Notes: generated from the letters alone by a model not told the origin. DNA of 64,000 nt from Bacteroidota bacterium (GCA_034658635.1 JAYEFL010000097.1:7074-71073), one strand, 5' to 3'. Counted from the first letter of the stretch, positions 19,547-29,371 are shown. Numbers and translations: made by a program.

Positions 19547-19978
19547 ATGAAAATTCTGATTCTTAATGGTCCAAATTTGAATCTTCTGGGGGAGCGGGAA
19601 GTGGATCTATACGGTAATAAATCATTTGAGGATTATCTTGAAGTTCTGAAAGAATATTTTACTGAAATCGAACAGGATTATTTTCAGTCAAACTGGGAGG
19701 GGGCATTAATAGACCAGCTGCATTCAGCACATAAAAATTATGATGGAATTGTTATTAATGCCGGTGGTTATACTCATACATCTGTGGCTATTGCAGACGC
19801 AATCAAAGCAATTAGCATTCCTGTTGTTGAAGTTCACATTACCAATATTTTGAACCGTGAGGAATTTCGAAAAACATCGCTTATCGCAGCTGCTTGTATA
19901 GGTAGTATCAGCGGATTTGGGTTTGATTCATATCGTTTGGGTATCGAAAGTTTACGAATTTTATTTAAAAATATATGA
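19547..19978 (+). CDS. aroQ: Type II 3-dehydroquinate dehydratase
   Basis: Contains ILNGPNLNLLGERE, INAGGYTHTSVA and EVHITN motifs. Confidence 0.9.
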   Translation: MKILILNGPNLNLLGEREVDLYGNKSFEDYLEVLKEYFTEIEQDYFQSNWEGALIDQLHSAHKNYDGIVINAGGYTHTSVAIADAIKAISIPVVEVHITNILNREEFRKTSLIAAACIGSISGFGFDSYRLGIESLRILFKNI

Positions 19979-21381
19979 AGCATACCAAGATAGTTGCTAC
20001 CATTTCTGATCAGAGATGTGATATCCCATTTTTAACTCAGCTGTATGAAGCTGGCATGAATGTCGTTAGAATAAATACAGCTCATCAGGATGTTGAGGGA
20101 TCACTTAAAGTGATGAGGAATATCCGAAAGGTATCAGATAGTATTGCAATTCTGATAGATACCAAAGGTCCGGAAGTCAGAACTACTGTTGCAAGAGATC
20201 CTATTGAGGTAAAGATTGGAGATATTTACAGCTTTATTGGAGATCCGGACAGACCTACTGTTCCTGGTCTTGTTAGTGTGAATTATTCTGGCTTTGTAAA
20301 TGATGTTTCAGTTGGTAATAGAATTCTTATTGACGATGGTGATCTTGCTTTTGTTATTGTAGAAATAAAAGAGGATCAAATCATTGCTACTGCTGAAAAT
20401 GATGGATGGATTAAGAGTAGAAAGAGTGTCAATCTGCCCGGTGTGTCACTTAACTTGCCATCCCTAAGTGAAAAGGATAAAGAGTATATTGAATTTGCAA
20501 CACGACATGATGTAGCATTTATAGCTCACTCATTTGTGAGAAGGAAGGAAGATTTATTAGCAATAAAGCAAATTCTGGGGCTTAATAAGTCGAAAGTCAA
20601 GATAATTGCAAAAATTGAAAATCAAGAAGGGGTTGATAATATTCAGGAAATTCTGGATCATTCATACGGTGTAATGATTGCACGAGGAGATCTGGGGATT
20701 GAAATTCCTGGAGAGCAAATACCAGTTATTCAGAAAAAAATCATTGAGATTTGCCTCCGGCGAAAAAGACCAGTGATTGTGGCCACCCAGATGCTGCATT
20801 CTATGATTGATAACCCCCGCCCGACAAGAGCTGAGATATCAGACATTGCCAGTGCTATTTACAGTCATGCAGATGCTATTATGTTGAGTGGGGAAACTGC
20901 GTATGGCAAATACCCTGTTGAAGCCGTTCAAATGATGAGTAAAGTGGCTTTTGAGGTAGAATCTGAAAAAGAAGTGAGAGAATTCTCAATTACCTCTATT
21001 AACAATTCGATTGCAGCCTTTCTTGCGAATTCAGCATATCAGGCCTCTTTAGAATTGTCAAGTAAGGCAGTAATTGTAGATTCACAAACAGGACGAACAG
21101 CAAGATACTTGTCGGCATTCAGGAATAGAAATACTATCCATGCAGCCTGTTATTCAAAGCGAGTGATGAGAGAATTAGCTTTGTCTTTTGGAGTTTCTTC
21201 CTTCTACTTGAAACAAGAAAAAACAACAGATGCCTTTAAACGCGCAGTTGTAACTTTCTTGACAGAAGAAAATAAACTGGAAATGGAGGATATGGTAATA
21301 ATGGTTGGTGGAAGTTTTGGACCACGTAGAGGAGCTACCTTTTTAGAAATAGGTATAGTGAAAGATCTAATCAATATTTAA
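19975..21381 (+). CDS. pyk: Pyruvate kinase
   Basis: Contains TKIVATI, MNVVRINTAHQ, IAKIENQEG, MIARGDLGIEIP and VATQML motifs. Its ATG overlaps the aroQ stop (ATGA). Confidence 0.9.
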   Translation: MKHTKIVATISDQRCDIPFLTQLYEAGMNVVRINTAHQDVEGSLKVMRNIRKVSDSIAILIDTKGPEVRTTVARDPIEVKIGDIYSFIGDPDRPTVPGLVSVNYSGFVNDVSVGNRILIDDGDLAFVIVEIKEDQIIATAENDGWIKSRKSVNLPGVSLNLPSLSEKDKEYIEFATRHDVAFIAHSFVRRKEDLLAIKQILGLNKSKVKIIAKIENQEGVDNIQEILDHSYGVMIARGDLGIEIPGEQIPVIQKKIIEICLRRKRPVIVATQMLHSMIDNPRPTRAEISDIASAIYSHADAIMLSGETAYGKYPVEAVQMMSKVAFEVESEKEVREFSITSINNSIAAFLANSAYQASLELSSKAVIVDSQTGRTARYLSAFRNRNTIHAACYSKRVMRELALSFGVSSFYLKQEKTTDAFKRAVVTFLTEENKLEMEDMVIMVGGSFGPRRGATFLEIGIVKDLINI

Positions 21382-22677
21382 TTTTCTGGCAAATTCCAGA
21401 GCTTCATAGATAATTCTTTCTTCGTCGACATTCAATACTACGCGATCTTTCATTATGAATTTTCCGTTGACCATCAAGTGCCTGACATCATTTTCATGCA
21501 TTGAATAAACTATTTGAGCATAAGGATCATAGAGTGGTTGCATGTGTGGGGAATCTGTATCAATAAACTGAAGGTCAGCAAATTTACCTATTTCAATTGA
21601 GCCTAAATCATTATTCATCCTATATGCTTTCGCTCCATTAGAAGTTGCAATCTTTAAAGCTGTTTTTGCATTTAAAATGGTTGAATCATTATGAACCAGC
21701 TTTTGAATCTTTATCATCATCTGCATGTCACTAAGTAAGCTCATATTATTGTTACTTGCAGCTCCGTCTGTTCCCAGCCCAAGACATATCTCAGACTTTA
21801 ACAGGTCTGGTACCATAGTTATTCCAGAAGCCAGCTGCATGTTGCTGTTTGGCAAAGTGATAACAGAAGTCTTTTTCTCTTTGAGAATTTCGATGTCATG
21901 AGCTGACAGATGAATGCAGTGATAGCAAATTGTATGATAATCAAAGAACCCTAAATCAGCAAGGTATTCAACCGGCGATTTACCACGGGCTTTCATACTA
22001 TCTGTAACTTCCTGACTTGTTTCAGAAACATGGATTGTTGCCGGAATCTTGAGATCCATACTGACTTCTGAAATTGAGCTTAACACAGAAGATGAACATG
22101 TATATGGCGCATGTGCTGATATTGAAACAGATACCAATGATTCAGATTTGTAATTTTGGTAAAGATCTCGTGTATATTTAAGGCCTTCTGATGGACTTAT
22201 TGAATTTGGCGTAGGGAAATCCAGGATGGCTTCACCCAAGATGCATCTCATGCCTAATTCAATGCTGGCCTTTGCTACCTCCTCTTCAAAGAAATACATG
22301 TCGGCAAAAAGATTGGTGCCGGAACGGATCATCTCAATGCCAGAAATTAATGTTCCCAGGTGCACATTCTTAGCATTAATGTATTTCTTCTCTGCAGGCC
22401 AAATATGATTATTTAGCCAGGTCATAAGTGGAACATCATTGCTTAATCCCCTGAACAACGACATTGCAGCATGATTATGTCCGTTAAAGAAAGGTGGTAA
22501 CAGAATCATGCGACTGGCATCTACAATTGTTCTGGCTTCTACTGGTGTCAGATGATCGATGGAACCAATATGCTCTATCCTTCCATTCTTGATTAAAATA
22601 TTGGTATTGAGATATTCAGTGAAATTCGCATCCATCGTCAGAACATGGGCATTCTTAATCCACACATCGTATTTCAT
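21367..22677 (-). CDS. Amidohydrolase-superfamily deaminase (MtaD / chlorohydrolase-like)
   Basis: 436 aa. It has the metal-binding motif FFNGHNHAAMSLFRG, plus HVSET and GTDGAASNN motifs. Confidence 0.7.
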   Translation of the reverse strand: MKYDVWIKNAHVLTMDANFTEYLNTNILIKNGRIEHIGSIDHLTPVEARTIVDASRMILLPPFFNGHNHAAMSLFRGLSNDVPLMTWLNNHIWPAEKKYINAKNVHLGTLISGIEMIRSGTNLFADMYFFEEEVAKASIELGMRCILGEAILDFPTPNSISPSEGLKYTRDLYQNYKSESLVSVSISAHAPYTCSSSVLSSISEVSMDLKIPATIHVSETSQEVTDSMKARGKSPVEYLADLGFFDYHTICYHCIHLSAHDIEILKEKKTSVITLPNSNMQLASGITMVPDLLKSEICLGLGTDGAASNNNMSLLSDMQMMIKIQKLVHNDSTILNAKTALKIATSNGAKAYRMNNDLGSIEIGKFADLQFIDTDSPHMQPLYDPYAQIVYSMHENDVRHLMVNGKFIMKDRVVLNVDEERIIYEALEFARKLNID

Positions 22678-22789
22678 CCGTGTATATTTATTTTAAATTG
22701 TCGTATGTAGCTCACATAACAAAAATAATCATCCGCGTGTGCGTCAAATTAGTTTTCCTTTTGTCATGTTCGGTTCATAAGTGTTGAAT

Positions 22790-24121
22790 TCATGATCGTT
22801 CTAGCATAAAATCAGCAATTTCCACACCTTTTTTCCGACAGTCATTTAGTATTTTTTCTTCGTCTAAGCATAATACGTTCCTGTCTTTCATAAGAATCCT
22901 TCCATTTACAATCAGTCCGGTAACATCATCTGAATGGGCACTGTAAACCAAGGTTGATATTATATCGTAAGTAGGTATATTATGCATTCCTGTCAAGTCA
23001 ATGATTTGTAGATCTGCTTTATAGCCCTCAGTGATTTGACCCATTCGCTGGTGTCTGTAAATTCTGTATCCATTGGTTGTTGCCATTCTTAATGCCTGTG
23101 GTGCAGGAATTAAAGAGGCATCTTTATGAATGACTTTATGCAATTTTGCCAGGGTCTGCATTTCGCGCATCATGCTTAAATTATTATTGCTGGCCGCACT
23201 GTCTGTCCCCAGTCCAATTTCCATATTCTGCTCCAACAAGGAAGGAACACGGCAAACACCGCTCCCGAGGACCATGTTACTGTGTGGGTTATGAATTACA
23301 GGAATCTGGTTATCCTTCAGTATCTTAATGTCTGAGTCAGTCAGATGAACACCATGCACAAGTATGAAATCTGTTTCGAGAATTCCTGTGGATTCTATAA
23401 GCTGAACAGGAGTTTTACCGTATGTCTTTAGTGACCAATCAACTTCTTTTTTGGTTTCAGCGATATGGCTGGTTGATATAATTCCCCATTCCTTAGCTCG
23501 TTTTGAAGTTTCCCTGAAAAGTTCGGGAGTAGAAGTGAAGGGGGCATGAATTGCCATATAAATATGAATCAGGTCAGAATCATAATATTCTTCCAGCAAA
23601 GATTCAATATAATTATATCCATCTTCAGGTGTTTGACAAGATTGTGTTGGAGAGCTGAATAAAGCTTCACCGATATAGGCTCTTAATCCTGCTTCTTCAA
23701 ATGCTTTTCCTACAGCTTTGGTATGGAAGTCCATGGTGGCTACAGCACCAGTTCCTGACCTTATCATTTCCAGAATTGATAATTGGGAACCTAAATAAAC
23801 CATCTCAGGATCGCAAAACTCTTTCTCCAAAGGCCAAATGACTTTTTGAAGCCAATCCTGCAAAGACATGTCTACACCCAGACCTCTGTATAATGATAAG
23901 CTGGGGTGGGTGTGCTGGTTGTAAAAAGGAGGTAATACTACCGATGTTTTTCCATCGATATACTCAGTTGCATCATACTGTTCTCGACTCAATCTGGGCC
24001 CTACGTACAGAAAATCATGATCTTTGATCAATATTGTTCCATCCTCAATTTGAGTCTTAGATTCATCAAGACGTAAAATATATCCGGCATCGATAGCTAT
24101 ATCGGCTTTGAAAAATTCCAT
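22790..24121 (-). CDS. Second amidohydrolase-superfamily deaminase paralogue (MtaD / chlorohydrolase-like)
   Basis: 443 aa with the same motif set in diverged form (FYNQHTHPSLSLYRG, HIAET, GTDSAASNN). Confidence 0.7.
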   Translation of the reverse strand: MEFFKADIAIDAGYILRLDESKTQIEDGTILIKDHDFLYVGPRLSREQYDATEYIDGKTSVVLPPFYNQHTHPSLSLYRGLGVDMSLQDWLQKVIWPLEKEFCDPEMVYLGSQLSILEMIRSGTGAVATMDFHTKAVGKAFEEAGLRAYIGEALFSSPTQSCQTPEDGYNYIESLLEEYYDSDLIHIYMAIHAPFTSTPELFRETSKRAKEWGIISTSHIAETKKEVDWSLKTYGKTPVQLIESTGILETDFILVHGVHLTDSDIKILKDNQIPVIHNPHSNMVLGSGVCRVPSLLEQNMEIGLGTDSAASNNNLSMMREMQTLAKLHKVIHKDASLIPAPQALRMATTNGYRIYRHQRMGQITEGYKADLQIIDLTGMHNIPTYDIISTLVYSAHSDDVTGLIVNGRILMKDRNVLCLDEEKILNDCRKKGVEIADFMLERS

Positions 24122-24126
24122 ACCTT

Positions 24127-24369
24127 TTAGTCAAATTTTGGCGGCCGACGCAAATGTAGCTTAGTTTGATCCTGATACAACTGTCCGGCTGCACAAAGTA
24201 AACCTTCTTGGAAGTGATTTCCAAGAAGGGTAATAGATATTGGATTCGACTTTTTATCAAAACCAGTTGGCAGAAGCAGGGCAGGGTGACCAGTCAGATT
24301 GGTCATGGTCAATTGATTGCCAGTATAGCTGGGTGTGGTAATGAAATCATATTGAGAAAATGCATTTTT
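24127..24369 (-). pseudogene. Relic of the C-terminal ~80 aa of an amidase-signature family protein
   Basis: The stop-to-stop frame reads KNAFSQYDFITTPSYTGNQLTMTNLTGHPALLLPTGF...PISITLLGNHFQEGLLCAAG, which matches only the extreme C-terminus of amidases (N.TG.PA..lP.G). There is no ATG, the roughly 400-aa catalytic part is absent, and the upstream space is taken by the hupE-like gene. Confidence 0.6.
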
Positions 24370-24374
24370 TCATG

Positions 24375-24959
24375 TCAAAAAGGTAAGCGTTCAAAAATAA
24401 GTATCAGAGAGACACCAAGACCAGCTCCTGAAAAAACCAGGTTCCACTCCCTCTGTCTTGTCTGAAAAAGATTTATGAATATCATTCCTAGTATTAAGAA
24501 ACATGCAACAATCATAAGCTGACCAATTTCAATGCCCAGATTAAATGAGAATAATGGGCCGGCAAGTTGTTTTTCAGAGCTAAGCAAAGCTCTTAAGTAG
24601 TTGGAAAATCCTAATCCATGTATCAAACCGAAAAATAACGCCATTAAATACTTGAATTTATGATGAATGCCAGAAAAGCTCTCTTTCCGTTGTGTGATAT
24701 TGGCAATTGCTGTAAAGAATATTGTTACTGGAATCATAAACTCAATCCATTCACCCGCAATGTTTATTACATCAAATGTTGCCAGGATAAGAGTGATGGA
24801 ATGACCAGCAGTAAAGGCAGTGATAAGAATCAGAATCTTTTTCCAGTCGCTGATCATATATACAGCACATAGTGTAATAATGAATAAAATATGATCATAG
24901 CCTTTAAAATCAGCTATGTGAGTCAGTCCAAGATTGAAGTACATATGGAAAGTGCTCAT
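24375..24959 (-). CDS. HupE/UreJ family membrane protein
   Basis: 194-aa polytopic protein starting FHMYFNLGLTHIADFKGYDHILFI, with the GLIHGLGFS motif typical of HupE/UreJ. Confidence 0.75.
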   Translation of the reverse strand: MSTFHMYFNLGLTHIADFKGYDHILFIITLCAVYMISDWKKILILITAFTAGHSITLILATFDVINIAGEWIEFMIPVTIFFTAIANITQRKESFSGIHHKFKYLMALFFGLIHGLGFSNYLRALLSSEKQLAGPLFSFNLGIEIGQLMIVACFLILGMIFINLFQTRQREWNLVFSGAGLGVSLILIFERLPF

Positions 24960-24987
24960 TTGGTAAGTATTTAGGCTCTAAAAATAT

Positions 24988-24995
24988 TAATTTTG
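24988..24995 (+). promoter_or_regulatory. -7 box (TAnnTTTG) upstream of the DUF6702-like gene
   Basis: TAATTTTG lies 24 nt upstream of the TTG start at 25020. Confidence 0.4.
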
Positions 24996-25019
24996 TTTTG
25001 GAATCATTAATCTACTGGC

Positions 25020-25514
25020 TTGAAATATCTTTTTTTATTTCTGACTGCTACACTTCTTATGGCTTTTCATCCATTGCATCTGAGTATGGTCAGCCTTGAT
25101 TGCAATCAGGAAGAGGAAAAATGTATAGTGTCAGTAAAAGTTTTTTCAGATGACTTTGCTGCAATTTTAAGAAAAAGATATGGTTCAACGCTCCTGAAGG
25201 GAAGAGATACTTTACGTTTGGCAGATTCTGTGGTTTTTAATATGTATGTCAGTGATAACTTAAAGATTAGCTTAAATGGGAAGCCTGTATCTATGAGTAG
25301 ATGGATAATAGATTCAGTTAAAAATAATTACGAGGCAAGCTGGTTATATTATTCTTTTGATTTTGGAGTAGAATTACAGGAAGTCTCGGTCAGAAACACT
25401 ATCTTTTTCGAGTCGTTCAATGATCAGAAGAATCTGATGGTAATTGGAAATGGAGAAAAGGAGAAGGCATTACAATTTACTCGCAGAAAACCAGTCTTTA
25501 CCATTCGGTTCTGA
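25020..25514 (+). CDS. Small secreted protein, DUF6702-like (TTG start)
   Basis: 164 aa. A signal peptide is followed by HPLHLSMVSL...VKVFSDDF. Pairing with a divergent hupE-like gene is, as I recall, a recurrent Bacteroidota arrangement. Confidence 0.5.
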   Translation: MKYLFLFLTATLLMAFHPLHLSMVSLDCNQEEEKCIVSVKVFSDDFAAILRKRYGSTLLKGRDTLRLADSVVFNMYVSDNLKISLNGKPVSMSRWIIDSVKNNYEASWLYYSFDFGVELQEVSVRNTIFFESFNDQKNLMVIGNGEKEKALQFTRRKPVFTIRF

Positions 25515-25554
25515 TTCTTTGGTTCAGTTTTTGTTCGGGATGAAGATATTTTAA

Positions 25555-28164
25555 ATGAGTTTGTACAGGTACATTATTATATTTATTGGGTTTGTATTTT
25601 TAGCTGGTTCGCCAGGCCCGGCTGGTCCGCCAACACACAATCGTGCTGGTGAAATTACATATGAACAAATTGGCGATCTTAGCTATAGGATTACCATAAT
25701 TACTTACACTGCAACTGGCCCCGGACCAGTGGCAGATCGTGAAAATCTTGAAGTTGAATTTGGTGATGGGAGTACAGCTTTTGTTAAAAGGATTGAAGAG
25801 ATTTTCTTGCCTGACTACTACAAGAGAAACAAATATGTTTGGGAGCATACCTACCCGGGACCAGGAACTTACCAGATCGTAGTTGAAGACCCAAACAGAA
25901 ATCAAGGGGTCAAGAATATTCCCAATTCAGTTAATGTTGTGTTTTCTATAAAGACGATACTGATTATTAACCCTGAAGTGGGTTATAACAGTACCCCGGT
26001 ATTGCTAAATCCTCCAATTGATAAAGCTGCTCTTGGATATACGTTTATTCATAATCCTGCTGCCTTTGACCCTGATGGGGATAGCCTGTCTTATAAATTG
26101 GCAATTTGTACGGGGGAGGGAGGCCTTGAGATTAAGGGCTACACTTACCCTCCATTTACTGATTCATTGGTTGTAAATGAATTTACTGGTGATTTGATCT
26201 GGGCAGCACCTGCAGATACTGGAAAGTATAATGTTGCCATGACAATTGAAGAATGGCGTAAGGGCGTTCAAATCGGAAGAATCCAGCGTGATATGCAAAT
26301 TGAGGTTTTCCTTTCTGAGAACCGACCACCAATTATTGAAAATACAGGGTCCTTCTGTATCCTTGCAAATGAAGTATTTAGTTACGAAATTACTGCAACT
26401 GATCCTGATAATGATTCGATTCAACTTGACGCAAGCGGCGGACCATTGAGTCTTAAAATTGATCCTGCTGAATTTAAGCAAACTATGTCGATACCAGGAA
26501 GGGCTGAGGCACAGTTCACCTGGCAAACCAATTGTGATTTGGTTCGGGTACAACCATATCTTGTTATTGTTAAGGCAAAAGATAAAAACGCAGAACTACA
26601 GCTTATTGATAGCAAGAATCTGGAGCTATATGTTCATTCTCCGGCTCCAACAGATCTCATAGCTACACCCGGCTCAGCTTCTATTCAGCTCAATTGGGAT
26701 GCTTGTCCATGCATAAATAACGTGGGGTATAAACTATACAGGAAGGTTGGTTCAGAAAGTTTTGATCCGGGTCCGTGTGATACAGGTGTGCCGGAAGATC
26801 TTGGCTATAAGCTGATAGCAGAGATTGAAGGGGCTTCCGTGTTAAGTTATTCCGACAATAACAGCGGAAAAGGCCTGCAGCAGGCTACTGATTATTGCTA
26901 CAGAGTTACAGCAGTATTTGCTGACGGGGCTGAGTCATTTGTTAGTAATGAAGCATGCACTCAGTTAGTTCAGGGTTCGCCTATGATTATTCAGGTAAGT
27001 GTTTTGAAGACCGATATTAGTAATGGGGAGATACAGCTTCAGTGGCTAAAGCCAAATCCAGCAGATCTTCAGAATGCTGAAGGTCCTTTTATGTATCGGA
27101 TTTATAGATCTGAAGGGATGTATATGCAAAATGCAATTTTGCTTGATTCGCTGAATGGACTTAATAGTACTACATATATTGATAAGAATTTCAACACGCT
27201 GAATAAGCAATGGTCATACCAGGTTGAATTGCTTAACACAGAGCCATCTGATTACAGAGCTATTGGAGTCCCCCAGGTGGCGTCATCACTTTTTCTCAAG
27301 TTGTTGCCTTATCATTCCTCACTTGATCTGCGTTATCAAAAAAATGTACCGTGGGAAAATCGTGATTATACTATTTTTGAGATAAAAGGTGGAGACTCAG
27401 ACTCTCTTGCCAGTACACCTGCTATGAATTATCGGATCAGTGACCTGAATGATGGTCAGAACTATTACTATCAGGTTATTGCAAATGGTTATTATTCTGA
27501 ATATGATATAGGACCAATCCAGAATCAGTCGCAAATTGCCTGTGGTATGCCTATTGATAGTATACCTCCTTGTCCTCCGATCCTATCGGGAGAGAGTATA
27601 TGTGACAGCCTGGCCAATCACCTGATATGGAATAATGTAAATGATTCTTGTGCTGCAGATGCAGCCAAATACAAAGTTTATTACAGAACCAGTCTTGATG
27701 GAGAAATGGTGCTTCTTGATTCAGTGAGTCAGATAAGCCAAACAGATTATTGGCATTTCCCTGATGGATCAATGGCCGCATGTTATGCAGTTACAGCTAT
27801 TGATTCTGTTGGTAATGAGAGCATATATTCCAATATTGTTTGTCTTGACGAGTGCATTAATTATGAATTACCAAATGTATTCACGCCAAATGGGGATGGA
27901 ATAAATGATTTACTACGACCTTATCCATATAATCTTGTTGAAAGAATTGAGTTGAAAATATTTTCAAGATGGGGAAATACTGTTTTTGAGACACAGGATC
28001 CGGATATTAACTGGGATGGAAAGCATTATCTAACAGGGCAATTAGTGTCATCAGGTGTTTATTACTATATATGTGATGTGCATGAAAAGCGTTTGACAGG
28101 TGTAGAACCAAGGTATTTAGTTGGGTTTATCCATGTTTTATATGGAGGGGATAGAAATGATTAG
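25555..28164 (+). CDS. Large secreted multi-domain protein with a T9SS type B (CHU_C / gliding-motility-associated) C-terminal sorting domain
   Basis: The C-terminus reads ELPNVFTPNGDGINDLLRPY...INWDGK...SGVYYYIC. Upstream are cadherin-like (DPDGDSLSYKL, DPDNDSIQL) and Fn3-like segments (several NWD/QWL-type starts). An N-terminal signal anchor is present. Confidence 0.8.
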   Translation: MSLYRYIIIFIGFVFLAGSPGPAGPPTHNRAGEITYEQIGDLSYRITIITYTATGPGPVADRENLEVEFGDGSTAFVKRIEEIFLPDYYKRNKYVWEHTYPGPGTYQIVVEDPNRNQGVKNIPNSVNVVFSIKTILIINPEVGYNSTPVLLNPPIDKAALGYTFIHNPAAFDPDGDSLSYKLAICTGEGGLEIKGYTYPPFTDSLVVNEFTGDLIWAAPADTGKYNVAMTIEEWRKGVQIGRIQRDMQIEVFLSENRPPIIENTGSFCILANEVFSYEITATDPDNDSIQLDASGGPLSLKIDPAEFKQTMSIPGRAEAQFTWQTNCDLVRVQPYLVIVKAKDKNAELQLIDSKNLELYVHSPAPTDLIATPGSASIQLNWDACPCINNVGYKLYRKVGSESFDPGPCDTGVPEDLGYKLIAEIEGASVLSYSDNNSGKGLQQATDYCYRVTAVFADGAESFVSNEACTQLVQGSPMIIQVSVLKTDISNGEIQLQWLKPNPADLQNAEGPFMYRIYRSEGMYMQNAILLDSLNGLNSTTYIDKNFNTLNKQWSYQVELLNTEPSDYRAIGVPQVASSLFLKLLPYHSSLDLRYQKNVPWENRDYTIFEIKGGDSDSLASTPAMNYRISDLNDGQNYYYQVIANGYYSEYDIGPIQNQSQIACGMPIDSIPPCPPILSGESICDSLANHLIWNNVNDSCAADAAKYKVYYRTSLDGEMVLLDSVSQISQTDYWHFPDGSMAACYAVTAIDSVGNESIYSNIVCLDECINYELPNVFTPNGDGINDLLRPYPYNLVERIELKIFSRWGNTVFETQDPDINWDGKHYLTGQLVSSGVYYYICDVHEKRLTGVEPRYLVGFIHVLYGGDRND

Positions 28165-29371
28165 AAGGATGATTAGATTCACAAGATATTTCATCGTTTT
28201 GACAATCTGTCTTGGCTTGTCCAATCCGGGGCAAAGCCAGAATAAAAATTTGTTAAGAGCAGCCTTTTTGCTTGATCAGGAAAGATATGAAGATGTCTTG
28301 GTGCTTATAGATCAAATAGCATATTCTAAACAAGAGGCAATAGTGTATTTCGATATTTTGGGAGAAACTGCTTTTCAAGCTGGTGATTATGATAAGGCTT
28401 TAAGTGCGTACAAGAAAAGATGTGAATTGAAGAATCCTGCAATGTCTCATTATATGTTGTCAAAAATATACTTCTTAAGTAATAATTCATCATTGGGATA
28501 TAAATCTATTAGAGATCATTTGGCTTCTGACCATCGTATTTCGCTGCAACATATTCTTGCTGATGAGGCTTTTGACAGTCAGGTACGAGATCGTGAATGG
28601 ATTAGATTCTGGTCAGAAGACTGGTATACTGAAAAAGATGACCTGATTGCTGAAGCCTGGGCTCAACTTAATGAGGATGACCCTGATATAAGTGTGTTTG
28701 ACCAGTTAATGTTATCATTCTCCAATGAACCACAGTCTAGCTATTTGTCAGGAAGATTCAATGAATTAGCAGGAAACCCACGTCAGGCGATCGATCATTT
28801 TAGAAAGGCAATAGATTTGGCTCCGGAATCTACTGAGTACATCAACTATCTTGCTGCATACTATGCCGGCTTAAAAAAGTATAGCGAAAGCTCTGCTTTG
28901 ATTTCAAGCTCATTGAAAATAAATCTCTATCAACCTTCACTTTGGATGTTAAGGATTAGTAATCACTTGAATATGGATGACAATCAAGGTGCAATGAGTG
29001 AAATGCAATACCTTGAGGAAATCGGAATTGAAAGTCCTGATTTATGGACTGCTTTAGCAATTCAAGTTAAAAAGACCGATATTCGATTAGCTATTAGCTT
29101 TATAGACAGGGTAGTCGATAATGATCCTTTGAGTATAACTGCCTTAAATTTCAGGGCCGGACTTTATTGGGATAATCAAGATTACGACAGTGCTATGTCT
29201 GATTGGGCTATGTCGTTGGACGTAGATCCAATTCAAGCCAAAGTATATTTTGCGCGTGGTGAAGCAAGATATCACTTGGGAGATTTTGACGGTGCTTGCC
29301 ATGATTGGAAGAAAGCCCTGCGATATGGTCATCGCAAGGCTTTGGATAGACTCTATAAATACTGTGAATAG
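28157..29371 (+). CDS. TPR-repeat protein with an N-terminal signal/anchor
   Basis: Repeated A..Y.kA..l.P-type TPR units are present (e.g. AIDHFRKAIDLAP, AMSDWAMSLDVDP, ACHDWKKALRYG). I prefer the start MIRRMIRF at 28157, which overlaps the upstream stop, over the 28121 start in the ORF track. Confidence 0.65.
   Translation: MIRRMIRFTRYFIVLTICLGLSNPGQSQNKNLLRAAFLLDQERYEDVLVLIDQIAYSKQEAIVYFDILGETAFQAGDYDKALSAYKKRCELKNPAMSHYMLSKIYFLSNNSSLGYKSIRDHLASDHRISLQHILADEAFDSQVRDREWIRFWSEDWYTEKDDLIAEAWAQLNEDDPDISVFDQLMLSFSNEPQSSYLSGRFNELAGNPRQAIDHFRKAIDLAPESTEYINYLAAYYAGLKKYSESSALISSSLKINLYQPSLWMLRISNHLNMDDNQGAMSEMQYLEEIGIESPDLWTALAIQVKKTDIRLAISFIDRVVDNDPLSITALNFRAGLYWDNQDYDSAMSDWAMSLDVDPIQAKVYFARGEARYHLGDFDGACHDWKKALRYGHRKALDRLYKYCE

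Noticed and set aside
15750-21381. Co-occurrence of ppdK and pyk (and tpiA nearby), considered as an unusual metabolic island.
   Set aside because: Having both enzymes is, to my knowledge, not unusual in anaerobic or facultative Bacteroidota. The genes are on different strands, separated by xerD and aroQ, and nothing beyond housekeeping content is evident.
22678-22789. The 112-bp gap between the two deaminase paralogues, considered as a possible sRNA or regulatory RNA.
   Set aside because: Only a 5-bp stem (TATGT/ACATA) is visible, and there is no terminator-like structure. It is more simply the promoter region of the downstream paralogue.
24208-24465. An 85-aa plus-strand ORF spans the amidase relic and the end of the hupE-like gene.
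   Set aside because: It overlaps a well-supported membrane-protein gene and the relic on the opposite strand, and has no motif or promoter context. It is most likely spurious.
25555-28164. A diversity-generating retroelement or phase-variable locus associated with the T9SS cargo.
   Set aside because: The window contains no reverse transcriptase gene, no template/variable repeat pair, no invertase and no flanking inverted repeats.
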